Origin: a virus
Reading direction: 5' to 3' (one strand)
IMG/VR virus record: IMGVR_UViG_3300012944_000004
DNA length: 64,000 nt
Shown here: positions 1-9,738 of the stretch, one piece after another
How positions within the stretch are numbered: the stretch's first letter is position 1
Layout of the letters: every line of letters begins with the position of its first letter
The notes under the pieces: generated by a model
Seen by the model: the letters and a program-made list of their open reading frames with translations, nothing else
What the model was told of the DNA's origin: nothing
Database searches by the model: none
Translations under genes and position numbers: made by a program

Positions 1-102
1 CCACTGCGGATCACGTTTGGCACGACCCCAGAGGTCTTCCACCCGCGAACTTGCAAACTGCATCGCGCCCGCACCCTTGGCAGGTAGCGCTTCGGTCGTC
101 AT
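1..102 (-). CDS. Hypothetical protein, N-terminal fragment (runs off window start)
   Basis: ATG at 102 overlaps the stop of the upstream ORF (ATGA); frame open to position 1 (MTTEALPAKGAGAMQFASSRVEDLW...). Confidence 0.6.
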   Translation of the reverse strand, partial: MTTEALPAKGAGAMQFASSRVEDLWGRAKRDPQW

Positions 103-401
103 GTCTTCTTCTCCTTTTCCAACTTCTTCTTGAAGATGTCCATCGCTTCGCGATCGATGATGCCGTCGTCGTTGCACATACGGCACCCGCGCGCCTCGCC
201 ATGGCAAACCGGGCAGATGTAGAAGCCCAACTCGGGGCTGGTCGACGGCGCCTCGGGCGGGATGGTGTCTTCTGCACGCGCGACGTCGGTCGGCGGCTCG
301 GTCTCGAAGCCCTCATCCTCGAAGGGCTCATCGAGCATCGGAGGATGGCTCTTCGGTCGATCGGTCGGTCGGTCGCTGGGCGGCTTCTTGCGGCTGGCCA
401 T
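99..401 (-). CDS. Small acidic/Pro-rich protein with C-terminal CxxC...CxxC zinc finger
   Basis: Start re-called at MASRKKPP (401); CPVCHGEARGCRMC motif. Confidence 0.65.
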   Translation of the reverse strand: MASRKKPPSDRPTDRPKSHPPMLDEPFEDEGFETEPPTDVARAEDTIPPEAPSTSPELGFYICPVCHGEARGCRMCNDDGIIDREAMDIFKKKLEKEKKT

Positions 402-978
402 GGTGGGTCGGCAAAATAGCACCAGACTCGTCGGTAGACCTGCCGAGCGCGGTGGTGAGGTTTGCCGGTGGATTGGCCTTGTTTCGATGCAGCGCGCACT
501 GCACACCTCCTGTGACCACAAAGCGTCCGCAGGGGCGAACCTTGCCCAGGCGCTGCGTCGGATAGGTGCATCGCACTTGCGAGAAGGACGTCTGCACAAT
601 GTGGAAACCCATGCGGCACGAGGGGCCGATGTGGACCAAGTTGATGGTCCCAACCCTTCGCTCGAGGCCTCCACGGCACTTGATGCAGAGGGCAACAGCA
701 TGGGCCTCGATGGGTGTCACCACAGCTGATCCCACCGCGAAGCCGGACGTCCGAAGGCCACGAAGACGCGCGTCGTCACGCTCGCGCTGCTCTTCCTTGT
801 AGGCGGTTCGTTTCTCGGAGGTTTCGGACAACCCGGCGGCGCGGCGCGCCTTGCGGTAGGCCCGCTTGTGCGCGCGTTGAGCTTCCACCTTCGCGTTGAG
901 GATGAGCCCCTCCTGCGCGAGCTGGTAGCGATCCCAGTAGGTGCGGTTGGCAAGCGCGCGCTCCCAGAGCTTCTTCAC
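328..978 (-). CDS. Hypothetical Cys-rich protein
   Basis: GTG start coupled to helicase stop (975-978); basic helical N-terminus, CIKC and later Cys residues. Confidence 0.55.
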   Translation of the reverse strand: MKKLWERALANRTYWDRYQLAQEGLILNAKVEAQRAHKRAYRKARRAAGLSETSEKRTAYKEEQRERDDARLRGLRTSGFAVGSAVVTPIEAHAVALCIKCRGGLERRVGTINLVHIGPSCRMGFHIVQTSFSQVRCTYPTQRLGKVRPCGRFVVTGGVQCALHRNKANPPANLTTALGRSTDESGAILPTHHGQPQEAAQRPTDRSTEEPSSDAR

Positions 979-3650
979 CGAAGCACCTTTCGTTTTCCCG
1001 TCTTCAACTCGACATCCCGCGGCGTCGTCATCGCAAAGAGCTTCTCGCCCAGCTTCGCGATGAGGTCTTCCTCTTCATCCCCCGCGAGCGCGCGCGAGAG
1101 GCCATCGGTCTTGCCGATGAGCGTCTCGAAGGTGTCGAGCCTGTCGATGACAACCTCCGCGATGGCCTCCTCGACGGTCCCGAGCGCGATGGGGTACTGA
1201 ATGAGGACGTTGTTCTGTTGCCCGAAGCGGTGCAGGCGCGCCTCGGCTTGCAGAAGCTCGTGGGGCTCGTAGGTGAGCTCCGCGACGATACCTGCCGAGG
1301 CGAAGGTGAGGTCGATGGCGACGGCGGTGCAGTCGATGGTTGCGCAGAGAAGCACAGGACCGACCTGGGAGGCGTCGCGCAGCTCGTTGAGGATGCGATC
1401 CCGCTTCTTCTGTAGGACGTCGCCGTGGATGAAGCGGCAGGGAAACCCCGTTGCGCTCAGCTTCGTTGTGATGTGCTCGGCCACGATGCGCCGGAAGGTG
1501 AAGACGACGACGCTCTGGCCGCCCTCCAAGTGGTCCTTGGCGAGCTGGATGACCTGCGGCAGTTTGCCGTCGACCGCGCGCACCATGACGGCGTTGAGCA
1601 GCCGCTTGTTGATCTTCTCGACGGACTGCTGCTGAAACTTCGCCGGCACTTCCATGCGAATGATCTGCCGCGTCTTGGGAGGCAACTCCAACTTCACTTC
1701 TTCCTTCGTCCGGCGAAGGGTGAAGCGCGCGAGTCGCTTGCGTAGCTCGTCGAGGTTGGATTGTCCTGTGAAATCCCAGACGGCGCCGATGTCGCGGCTC
1801 ACTTCTTCCTGGTGGCCGGCGCAGTAGCGGATGCCGAACTTGAAGAAGTTTTTCCCGACGCGCCCCGGCGAGATGATGTCGATGAGATTCCACAGATCGC
1901 GCACGCGGTTAGTGAGCGGCGTACCCGTCAGCGCCAGCGCCGTCAGGACGGTAGGAGATTGACGGACCTCGCGCGCCGCCTTGCTCCGGCGGCTCTTCTC
2001 GTTTTGGTAGAGGTGTCCCTCGTCGAGGACAATGTTGGACGGGCCCCACTCGATAATCTGATCAACCCACGAATGCAGAATGTCGACGTGGATGACGAAG
2101 ATCTGCGCGTCGCCCGGCCGGTGGCCATCGCAGGTGTTCGGCGTCTTCGGCTTTCGGCCGAGCGGCGCCTCCGGCGACGGCGCGTCGCCCTGGTCGCCAT
2201 CGACGGGCGGCACGCAGTTGCAGAGCTTGCACACGAACGCCTTGTGCTTCTGCAGGTATCGCCAGACGTGCTTGGTCGGATCAGCAACGGCAGGTTGAAA
2301 GACGCCTCCCTTGAAGCCCTTCCACCACTTGGCGATCTCCCCTCGCTGGGGATCGGCCCACACGCTCCGCGCGCTGCTCGGGCACACGACGAGCGTCTTG
2401 CCGCCAAAGGCGCGCGCTGCAATGACCGCTTCGGCACTCTTGCCGCAGTTGTGGACAACAATGCCATTCGCGACGAAGTTACGGTGAGGGTCGGCGCAGA
2501 CGACGTCGTAGACGTGCGCTTCACCGGCGGCCACACGCGCGACAACACGATCGGTCTTGGGCTCGAAGACGACGAGACCTCCCTTGGCGCTGACGCCTCC
2601 ATGCAATCGTCGGAAACCGCCATCGCGACCGTGCAAGCGTGCGTGCTCTGACTTCGTCAGCAACTCCAAGTTGGAGTCAACGTTGTCGTGCTTGATCTCG
2701 TTTTTGTGGTGAACACGTTCGTCGTCTGTTAGATGCCGCCCCAAGCGCTTCTCCATGACGAGAATGTGCTCAAGCACCTGCCCGGCACGGTTTGCACGCG
2801 GATGATCTCTATGCCCACTGATGCGAACATAGCCGTCTTTGTCACGAACTTCACCTGCAGGACGTGCGCGACCATTCGTCCGCAACGCGCCATAGATGCA
2901 CTTGCGGCAGAAGCCGACGAACTTCTTGGTCGTGTCGACGACCACATTCTTGATGCTTCCGCACCGAACGCATCGCGGCACCCCGTTGGTGATGACATTG
3001 TCGAGCGGTTGGAGTTCATCGACGCGGACGTAGCCAGTGTCTGTGAGAATCTCATGGTCGCCAGTCGCTTTGATGCGTTTGCCGCTGTTGAGTGTGATCT
3101 CGAAGACAGGGCGCGTGCCCTTGTCGAGGACATCGACGATATCGTTCAGCCGAAAGACACCATCACAGAGCGAACGGATCTTCGTCGATCCAGGAGCCCA
3201 TGTCTTGAACTTCGAGTAGAACTCCGCGAGAGTGCATTCGAACGAAAGACCAGCGCGACACACACGAACAATGGCTTCGCCGTCGATACAACCCATCTCG
3301 TCAGCCAGGATGGCGCCCGTCGGCGCTTGGCAGATAGCGAAGTCGACGCCCGTCTTCTGGTAGGCCCGTAGGAGGCGACCATCGGCGCCGTGCGTCGCGA
3401 AGAACACGTGATGGGTGTAGTTGTCCGCCTCGTATTTCGCGAGCAGGGATCGCTCGACGAGCACCTTGCGGCTCACGAGCAAGTCGGCGGTCGCCTCGAC
3501 GGCGTCCACGTAGCCGACCCACGATCGCCTCGCGGCGTCCCAGGTCATCCCGGGGATTTCCTTGGCGGCGGTGACCAGCGCGCGGCTGAAGTAGGAGCTC
3601 TGGATGGCCCAGAGGTGCGAGCCCTGGATGCGGCGAACTGCGATGCCCAT
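975..3650 (-). CDS. SNF2-family (SF2) helicase, intein-containing
   Basis: Walker A region ILADEMG|CGKS split by an intein; motif II VLDEGH; LTGTPLTNRVRDLW; RRTKEEV; motif VI QAEARLHRFGQ. Confidence 0.92.
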   Translation of the reverse strand: MGIAVRRIQGSHLWAIQSSYFSRALVTAAKEIPGMTWDAARRSWVGYVDAVEATADLLVSRKVLVERSLLAKYEADNYTHHVFFATHGADGRLLRAYQKTGVDFAICQAPTGAILADEMGCIDGEAIVRVCRAGLSFECTLAEFYSKFKTWAPGSTKIRSLCDGVFRLNDIVDVLDKGTRPVFEITLNSGKRIKATGDHEILTDTGYVRVDELQPLDNVITNGVPRCVRCGSIKNVVVDTTKKFVGFCRKCIYGALRTNGRARPAGEVRDKDGYVRISGHRDHPRANRAGQVLEHILVMEKRLGRHLTDDERVHHKNEIKHDNVDSNLELLTKSEHARLHGRDGGFRRLHGGVSAKGGLVVFEPKTDRVVARVAAGEAHVYDVVCADPHRNFVANGIVVHNCGKSAEAVIAARAFGGKTLVVCPSSARSVWADPQRGEIAKWWKGFKGGVFQPAVADPTKHVWRYLQKHKAFVCKLCNCVPPVDGDQGDAPSPEAPLGRKPKTPNTCDGHRPGDAQIFVIHVDILHSWVDQIIEWGPSNIVLDEGHLYQNEKSRRSKAAREVRQSPTVLTALALTGTPLTNRVRDLWNLIDIISPGRVGKNFFKFGIRYCAGHQEEVSRDIGAVWDFTGQSNLDELRKRLARFTLRRTKEEVKLELPPKTRQIIRMEVPAKFQQQSVEKINKRLLNAVMVRAVDGKLPQVIQLAKDHLEGGQSVVVFTFRRIVAEHITTKLSATGFPCRFIHGDVLQKKRDRILNELRDASQVGPVLLCATIDCTAVAIDLTFASAGIVAELTYEPHELLQAEARLHRFGQQNNVLIQYPIALGTVEEAIAEVVIDRLDTFETLIGKTDGLSRALAGDEEEDLIAKLGEKLFAMTTPRDVELKTGKRKVLR
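2448..3290 (-). mobile_element. Intein (281 aa) carrying an HNH homing endonuclease, inserted in the SNF2 P-loop
   Basis: Starts CIDGEAIV after DEMG; block B IKATGDHEIL; HNH core EHILVMEKRLGRHLTDDERVHHKNEIKHDNVDSNLEL; ends NFVANGIVVHN followed by +1 Cys. Confidence 0.92.
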
Positions 3651-4030
3651 CAGCGTTTCGCTTCCTCGGTAAAACGCCTCGCATGGGCGATGGCGTCACG
3701 GATGTCGTGAATGCGTGCCTCGTGCGCATCCTTGATGGCTTGCCTCATCGCTGGGAGCGCATGCACTGCCAAGACGCGCCTCTCGATGCTCGACTTGTCA
3801 ACGATGACGCGCCCGTGTGAGTCGATGATGAAGAGGCCCCACGAGCCTTCACCTTTCATGTAGTGGAGCGTTGCCTCGTCGTTGAGCACAACCTGCGCGT
3901 GGACGCGAAGGCCGATTGACGCGAGGGCGACTTCAGCTTCGCGAAGTGCCACATTGAGAGCTTCGCAGAGAGCTGCGAACGATCCATTGTCGAGGTCGGT
4001 CATACCTTGGGGGATGGTCTTGTCGGTCAT
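3650..4030 (-). CDS. Hypothetical protein
   Basis: 126-aa ORF, stop coupled to helicase ATG (TGATG). Confidence 0.7.
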   Translation of the reverse strand: MTDKTIPQGMTDLDNGSFAALCEALNVALREAEVALASIGLRVHAQVVLNDEATLHYMKGEGSWGLFIIDSHGRVIVDKSSIERRVLAVHALPAMRQAIKDAHEARIHDIRDAIAHARRFTEEAKR

Positions 4031-4071
4031 GATGGGCCCGTCTTGAAGTTGAAGTTAGACCAACTCGACAG

Positions 4072-4302
4072 CTACTTCAAGACGAAGCAACACGCGACGG
4101 CGAGAAGTGCGAACGCGATGACGGCGAAGCGGTTCCACCAGCGGCTCTCGCGCTCCGCAAGCATCACCCAGGTGAGATTGCGCCAGAAGCGCGCGGTGAG
4201 CTCCGCGTCGCGGATCGAATAGCTCTCGAGCGGGCCGCGATCGACGTACACGTTGGGGATGGTCCACTTCGACTCGGTGATCTTGCCGCGATCATTGTTC
4301 AT
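4072..4302 (-). CDS. Small protein with C-terminal hydrophobic helix
   Basis: Start MNNDRGK at 4302 (ATGA overlap); C-terminal FAVIAFALLAVACCFVLK. Confidence 0.6.
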   Translation of the reverse strand: MNNDRGKITESKWTIPNVYVDRGPLESYSIRDAELTARFWRNLTWVMLAERESRWWNRFAVIAFALLAVACCFVLK

Positions 4303-4844
4303 TGGCCCTTCGCCTTCAGCCACTCGGCTTGCTTGCGATAGCTCCTCAGCTCCGACACACCGAACTTGCCGAGGTGTTCGCGCACTGCGCGTTCGCACTC
4401 TGCGTAGTCAAGTTCGGACATCTGCAAGAGATAGATAAGATCCGTTTGGTCTTTGTCTCGCTGGGGGATCATCTTGAGAATGACCATAAACTCCGCCGGT
4501 ACAACGTGGATGGGAGCCTCTTCGAGAGCAACCGCCGAGACCAGTGCTCCTGTATAGAGATCAGCCCATTCATCGTCACGCACAATGACATCAACTTCGA
4601 CTCCGTTGGAGGCTCTACCGCGAACTCCACCGAAGGAGAGCTTCTCCTTCCAACCAAGACCGTACGCGGAGCCGGCGATGAGATCGACGTCGTTGGTAAG
4701 TCGCGGGCTTCCGTAGAACTGCATCGCGAGACCGCCAGCTATCGCAACGCTGTTGGCTGGCGTCTCGGTAAGCGAGAGACGCAGTGCAATCTCCTCGGTC
4801 GCCTCGATGAGCTTGTCGAACGACGGAAACTTCTTGCGGCTCAC
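4299..4844 (-). CDS. Pol-beta-fold nucleotidyltransferase (AbiEii/DUF6036-like)
   Basis: GTG start at 4844 after GGAGG; VAIAGGLAMQFYGSPRLTNDVDL, VEVDVI, LK..R.KD..D motifs. Confidence 0.75.
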   Translation of the reverse strand: MSRKKFPSFDKLIEATEEIALRLSLTETPANSVAIAGGLAMQFYGSPRLTNDVDLIAGSAYGLGWKEKLSFGGVRGRASNGVEVDVIVRDDEWADLYTGALVSAVALEEAPIHVVPAEFMVILKMIPQRDKDQTDLIYLLQMSELDYAECERAVREHLGKFGVSELRSYRKQAEWLKAKGQ

Positions 4845-5074
4845 GGGTCCTCCACTGCTCTCAGCCGAACCCCCGACGCGCCCAGCGGCTTGGGCGCATC
4901 GTGGTGGGGGACGGTCGCGAATGCATTCCTCATCTCTGGCGGCATCACCGTGCACTTCCCCGCAGGGAAGTCCGGCGAGGCAAACGCGCAGAGGATGGCC
5001 GCGGTGAGCTCTTCGCCCGTGATGGGAAGAGCCAACTCGAAGTGCAACTTGACATCGAGAGAAGTGCTTTTCAT
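4841..5074 (-). CDS. Hypothetical protein
   Basis: MKSTSLDVK start; stop overlaps next GTG (GTGA). Confidence 0.5.
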   Translation of the reverse strand: MKSTSLDVKLHFELALPITGEELTAAILCAFASPDFPAGKCTVMPPEMRNAFATVPHHDAPKPLGASGVRLRAVEDP

Positions 5075-5276
5075 GCAAGGACCTTCTTGTGCGGTGGAAT
5101 AGGGCCCAGACACGTGATCCGTCAAAAGCCGGCACGCCGAGCCCGTCGTGCCCGGTCTCGCGATTGCATCGCCAACAGGAGCCATTCCAGGGCGAAACAC
5201 GGTTGGCCCGACTCGAACGAGATACGAGCCATGCGAAGGTCGGAGCGACAGCACCCGTAGTTGTACTGAGCAAGCG

Positions 5277-5741
5277 TCATGTGAGCAGCTTGCGGGTTGG
5301 AAACACTTGGCGTGTGTGGTGCGCCCAGAACTCTTCGTTGGACGCGAAGACGAGCTTTTTATTCTGCGGCAGGCTGAGAAGCGATCGATCGCGCGGCGCC
5401 TTGCAAACGTTCGCGCGGAAGGTCGCCGCGCCCGCGCACTGCCAAGCCTGCTCAGGCGACTGCTGCATCGTGTGACACTCGAGCCGTCCCTCGCCGTGGA
5501 TCTTGAAGAGCCACTCTTCGGGCGTCTCAGGCAGCCAGCCCTTGACCGCGATGCGACCAAAGGGACAATCGACGCACGGCTTCTTGTGCTGCGCGGGCGT
5601 CGTCGTCGCCTGCTCGTAGGTCTTGAGCTGGCCCTTGCGAATGGTCACTGGCAGCCTCCACTTCCACCGAAGACCGTCAGGCACCCGCACGCACCTGCGG
5701 ACGTGCAGCACACCATCTGAGAGACGGGAATGCAGCGACAC
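5277..5741 (-). CDS. Cys-rich phage protein (DUF6283-like); true start probably near 5648
   Basis: PCVDCPF...GW...CH...CAG pattern. Confidence 0.55.
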   Translation of the reverse strand: MSLHSRLSDGVLHVRRCVRVPDGLRWKWRLPVTIRKGQLKTYEQATTTPAQHKKPCVDCPFGRIAVKGWLPETPEEWLFKIHGEGRLECHTMQQSPEQAWQCAGAATFRANVCKAPRDRSLLSLPQNKKLVFASNEEFWAHHTRQVFPTRKLLT

Positions 5742-6043
5742 GCGCTGAGGTCGCAGGTGCCGGCCTCATCGGGCTCGGTTGCTTTACCGTCCCCCGCGTC
5801 GGCCGTCGCGATGGGCTCCGCGTCGACCCCCACGTCCTCCTCCGGAGACGCCTCCAGAGAGGCCTCAGGCGCCCCAGGGCTGGCCTCCGGCAGCGCCCCG
5901 CCGCCGTCCGCCTCCGGCGCGCCCGCGTCGCCCAGGACGGTCAGCAACGGGCCGTCGGTGACCCGCGCCGCGGGGTCGGCCGTGGTGAAGGGCTGGCCGA
6001 TGCAGCCGGAGGCGAGGAGAGCGAGGAGGGCGATGGTTTTCAT
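5645..6043 (-). CDS. Lipoprotein with Ala/Pro/Glu linker and Cys-rich C-terminus (myxobacterial style)
   Basis: Signal peptide with lipobox MKTIALLALLASG|C; DAG-type linker; 8-Cys C-terminal domain. Confidence 0.75.
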   Translation of the reverse strand: MKTIALLALLASGCIGQPFTTADPAARVTDGPLLTVLGDAGAPEADGGGALPEASPGAPEASLEASPEEDVGVDAEPIATADAGDGKATEPDEAGTCDLSACRCIPVSQMVCCTSAGACGCLTVFGGSGGCQ

Positions 6044-6210
6044 TCGACTTCGTCCAGTTCGATGGGCGGAGGGAGACCTTGCTCGTGCTCGAGGTCCACA
6101 AGCATCGCGGCGAGTCCTTGCGGCGAATGCGTGTGCACGTAGTAGTCGATGCAGGCGCGGCGATGCGCCTCGTTCATGGGCGCGCGCTTCGCTGGTGTGG
6201 TTTTCGGCAT
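6040..6210 (-). CDS. 56-aa hypothetical protein (absent from the ORF track)
   Basis: Manual translation MPKTTPAKRAPMNEAHRRACIDYY...ELDEVE*; stop overlaps the lipoprotein ATG. Confidence 0.5.
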   Translation of the reverse strand: MPKTTPAKRAPMNEAHRRACIDYYVHTHSPQGLAAMLVDLEHEQGLPPPIELDEVE

Positions 6211-6227
6211 GTTCAACTCGTCAGACG

Positions 6228-7277
6228 TTAGAGGCTAGCCCATTCTTCAAACAGATGCACCGGGTCATACTCCCACGGCTGCAACTTCGACTTGCCTACT
6301 GGATGGGGAGCTCCCATGTCGCGGCACGCCTGATCGCAGTAGCGGCACCGCTCGATGGCGTCGGAAGGCGTTGCGAGGCGCACGACGCCTTGACCGGTAG
6401 GAAGCGGGGCTCCGCAAAGCGTCGAGTCGGAAAGCGTGGGGCCGTACCGCGACGCGTCTGCGAGCAGCATGTACTTGAACGCGTGCGCGTAGGTCACGCT
6501 CGCGCCGTCGGTGCGGCGGGGGGACGGCCAGGCAAGCCAGCGGAGGGAGGTCATGGGCCCACGCGCGCGGCGGAGAACACGAACAGGAGCACCGAGATCA
6601 GCGTCATCGCAATGAAGAGCGTGTGAAACACGAAGTCGATGGGTCGATGGCGCGAAGCTCTTACGCTCATGTACACGTAGCTTGCGTTGTAAACAGCCAG
6701 AATCGCGAACGTCCAGGCATGGGGGAAGGTCATGGTGAGGCAATCTTCTTGATGCGCCCTGCGCCCTGGGCAAGGTGGTGACGATGAAGCGCGGCGCGCG
6801 TCTTGGCTCCAACGCGGCTCACCGTGACGCCAACCTCGGTGTTCGGCTGCGAGTTCCACGCTTCTTGAAAGGCGCTCACGGCAGTGATTGCAGCGGCTTG
6901 CTCGTCGGTGACTTCGAAGCCCTTGATGAGCTGCGTGATGGCGAACCGCGAGATGGTCTGCGGTAGGCCTGCCGCGCCGCGCGCCGCGTTCAGCGTCTGG
7001 TCGATGCGGAAGTAACTGCGCCGATGCTTCCACGAATAGGTCACGGGTCTACCTCAACTTGAAGACGGCTGATCAGAATCGGGATCGTGCCGATCCAATA
7101 GGTGTACTCCTTAGTCGATCCGGGAAGCGCGTATGGTAGCGATTGGACGTGAGCGTAGGCATCGCCTCCGAATGCTTTGGTGATGTGCTCGACCTTGCCC
7201 GGCACGCTGTACCAAACGCCACAAAAGCTGAAGGCCACCCACACCTTCGAGCCGACGCGCACCTCTGCGTCGCTCAT
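6228..7277 (-). other. Four coupled small early genes (6228-6554, 6551-6733 with two hydrophobic helices, 6730-7044, 7041-7277)
   Basis: Consecutive start/stop overlaps; protein-like translations, no recognisable family. Confidence 0.6.
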
Positions 7278-7559
7278 CGACGTTTGATCTCGTCGAACGT
7301 CGCAAACCAGCGCCGCAGGATGCGGTTCTGCTCCGGGAAAGCCTCCGACACGGCGCGCGCCCGATGCAGCTCTTCAGGTGCGAAGGCCTTCGTGATGTCA
7401 ACCGCCTCCACGGGCTCCGTCCACGGGACACTCGCAGCGAGCAGGTATTCGTGGTCGTGGCGGGCCCCGCAACTCGTCGCCGCGCGGGAGCCAAAGCTGC
7501 TGGCGCACGAAGTCGAAGAAGATCCGCACGCGCGGCGGTGGCTTGTAGTTGGTCTCCAT
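7274..7559 (-). pseudogene. Frameshifted small gene (or single-base sequence error)
   Basis: ATG at 7559 (coupled upstream) reads METNYKPPPRVRIFFDFV...RGP; the C-terminal frame (HDHEYLLAASVPWTEP...EIKRR*) is offset by 1 nt near 7460 and its stop is coupled to the next ATG. Confidence 0.5.
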
Positions 7560-9383
7560 CAGCGGACTCCTGTTCGATAACGATTCATGCTCTCGACACT
7601 CTCGCGCATCGCCTGTAGTGCATCGATGCGCCGCTGCGGTGTGGCAGCGCCAAGGGCTGTCAGAAACTCCCGCACGGCCTCCTGGAAGAGCGACACTTCG
7701 GTGTTGTCGTCGTAGCGCGCGCGTATGGCATCGCAGGCGATCAGGAGCTCCAAACGAGCATTCTCCTGCTCCTCGACTGCCGCCGTGCGCTCCGCGCGCG
7801 CCTCGTTGTCCTTGCGGATGGTGCCGGCAAGCGAGTGTGCCGAGACGGGGCGATGGTGCGGACGCTCGCCGAGGGCGGTCGCCAAGCTGTCGAGCTTGGC
7901 GCGTAGCTTGGCGGTCGAGACGGCGAGATCGGGTGGGTGTGAGGAGCTCATGGCGTGCCCGCTTCTATGCTCGCGGCTTCTTCGATGACGTCGCATGCTT
8001 CCCGGAAGTGAATGCCGTCGAACTTTTGGAGCTCCGTTAGCAGCCGACCGTCGATCCAATTCCCCGGTTGGCCCCACGATTCGTAGCGTGGTCGCCCCTG
8101 CAGCGCAGGAAGCAGAGTCACCTCGCCGTCGAGCGTACGCCCATCGGGGAACGTGACACGCACATCCACGTCGACCCCGCGCGCGACCCCCGTGTCGATT
8201 GGACGCGCGTCACTCGCTGTTACCGTGATCATCGGACATCCACGCCTCGCAGCGTGCTCTCGTAGGGCGACTCGCCGGGGTGCGTTGCGCCGCTGGTCAG
8301 CGGCCGATCGAAGATGAGAAACGAGGTCTCTTCGGGTTCGTCGATGATGACCTTGGGAAGATCGGTCTCGGGGTGACGCCAGGTTGATGGGTTCATGATG
8401 CATCTCCGTAGATCTCGAGCGTAGACCATTCCGGCAAGTCGAACTTGCACTCTTCGGCGAACTCGCGATTGCGGTCGCGCCGGAACGTGAGCTCGTGACG
8501 ATGGCAGCTACGGCAGAGAATGAGGTTGCCGTGGTGGCCGTCGCTGCCAAGGGGCAAGAGGCGGACTTCGCCTTGTGAGCTTCCGCAGTGATTGCCGTCA
8601 CACATCGGATTCTGGCACATCAGAAGCTCTCCCGGCGCACGCGGTTGGCGTACATCTCGTGTCCCTTCGTAGCGTCTCCTTCGTCGTCGCAATCGAAGGC
8701 CTCCTTGACTGCGTCTAGAGCCTCGTCCGCCGTGGCATAGGGGCCGTCCCATGACGTGCAATCGAGGTACCCTGAGGCCGATAGGCGGCCGTACCAGCCC
8801 TCTTTGCGCTCGACACCTGCGATACGTGGATGCTCCAAGTAAGGCAGGAGAGTGCGCACGTCATCCGGCATTCCGTCAACATTCAGATTGAGCACTCCGC
8901 AAACATCCTCAGGCACAATCTCCGTGCCTGCGTTCGTCTCCACGTGGTAGGCCGCCATGTGTTCGGCGACAGGGACCATGAAAGCCATCGTCATCTCTCC
9001 TTTTTGAACTTCCGCTGCTGCCTACCGTTGGACGGAAGGCAGGGGCCGATATTCAAACAAGTTCAACTTGCTCGATGAAACTCCGGTGTACCCCAGCGAG
9101 AGGGCCGGCCCTCGGCAATCGCTCGCAAGTCTTCGGCACACTTGCCCATGGGAAACTCAACCGCATGGCGCTTTTGCGGGGCGAGCTTGAGGTGTCCCTC
9201 GGAAAGCGACCATTCGTAGCCTTTGGCGGCATTGTAGGCGTCCTTGACGAGGGCGAACGCTTGCTGGTCGTTGAGGCCTGCCTTGATCGCTGCACGGTAG
9301 ACATTAGCGAACTTGTCATCGCTGGTCGGCATGCCCATTGCCCACATGACCTCTATGATCTTGCTCGTCCGAATCATCATCAT
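7559..9383 (-). other. Cluster of small early genes (7559-7951, 7948-8232, 8229-8396, 8393-8620, 8620-8994, 9063-9383)
   Basis: Coupled start/stop overlaps; SD-like motifs before 8994 and 9383. Confidence 0.6.
9028..9055 (-). promoter_or_regulatory. ECF-sigma-like promoter copy (TGAAT-N15-CCGTCCAA)
   Basis: One of five copies, upstream of ORF start 8994. Confidence 0.6.
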
Positions 9384-9407
9384 CCGCCTTTCCTTGGGTT
9401 CGTACCG

Positions 9408-9435
9408 TTAGACGGAGCCCTAGGCCGATAATTCA
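9408..9435 (-). promoter_or_regulatory. ECF-sigma-like promoter copy (TGAAT-N15-CCGTCTAA)
   Basis: Upstream of ORF start 9383; same spacing as other copies. Confidence 0.6.
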
Positions 9436-9446
9436 CCCAAAAGTTC

Positions 9447-9491
9447 AAGTTGAAGTTACAGCCAGACTGTAGCGAAGTTGAAGTTACAGCC
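9447..9491 (+). repeat. 17-bp direct repeat AAGTTGAAGTTACAGCC x2 (9447-9463, 9475-9491)
   Basis: Exact match read from the sequence; 28-bp period. Confidence 0.9.
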
Positions 9492-9507
9492 TGGCTGGAA
9501 TGAATAC

Positions 9508-9738
9508 CTAGGTGGGCTCGCTCGTCTTACTTGGGACAAGAGTGATGCCAAGTGGAGGGAAGCCAACGTGAGCAGGGCCAGGACGAGCGAGGTAACAGTC
9601 ATCGGCAATGTTGAGAGCTCGGCGCTCTTTCTCTGCCTGGGCTCTCGTGTCGAAGGGACCGGCGAGAAAGGCCTTCGGATCTTCGTCGAAACGATCGATG
9701 ACGTACCACTTGCCTGCGATGACGCTCTTGTCAGCCAT
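9508..9738 (-). CDS. Hypothetical early protein
   Basis: 76-aa ORF downstream of promoter copy 9787-9814. Confidence 0.65.
   Translation of the reverse strand: MADKSVIAGKWYVIDRFDEDPKAFLAGPFDTRAQAEKERRALNIADDCYLARPGPAHVGFPPLGITLVPSKTSEPT

Noticed and set aside
355-376. (GGTC)n microsatellite
   Set aside because: It encodes the DRPTDRP low-complexity segment of a protein.
6221-6250. Possible sixth ECF-like promoter (GAAT...CGTCTGA)
   Set aside because: Spacing is 2 nt shorter than in the other copies.
9447-9491. Direct repeat as a mini-CRISPR array
   Set aside because: Two 17-bp copies with an 11-bp gap are far below CRISPR repeat and spacer sizes.
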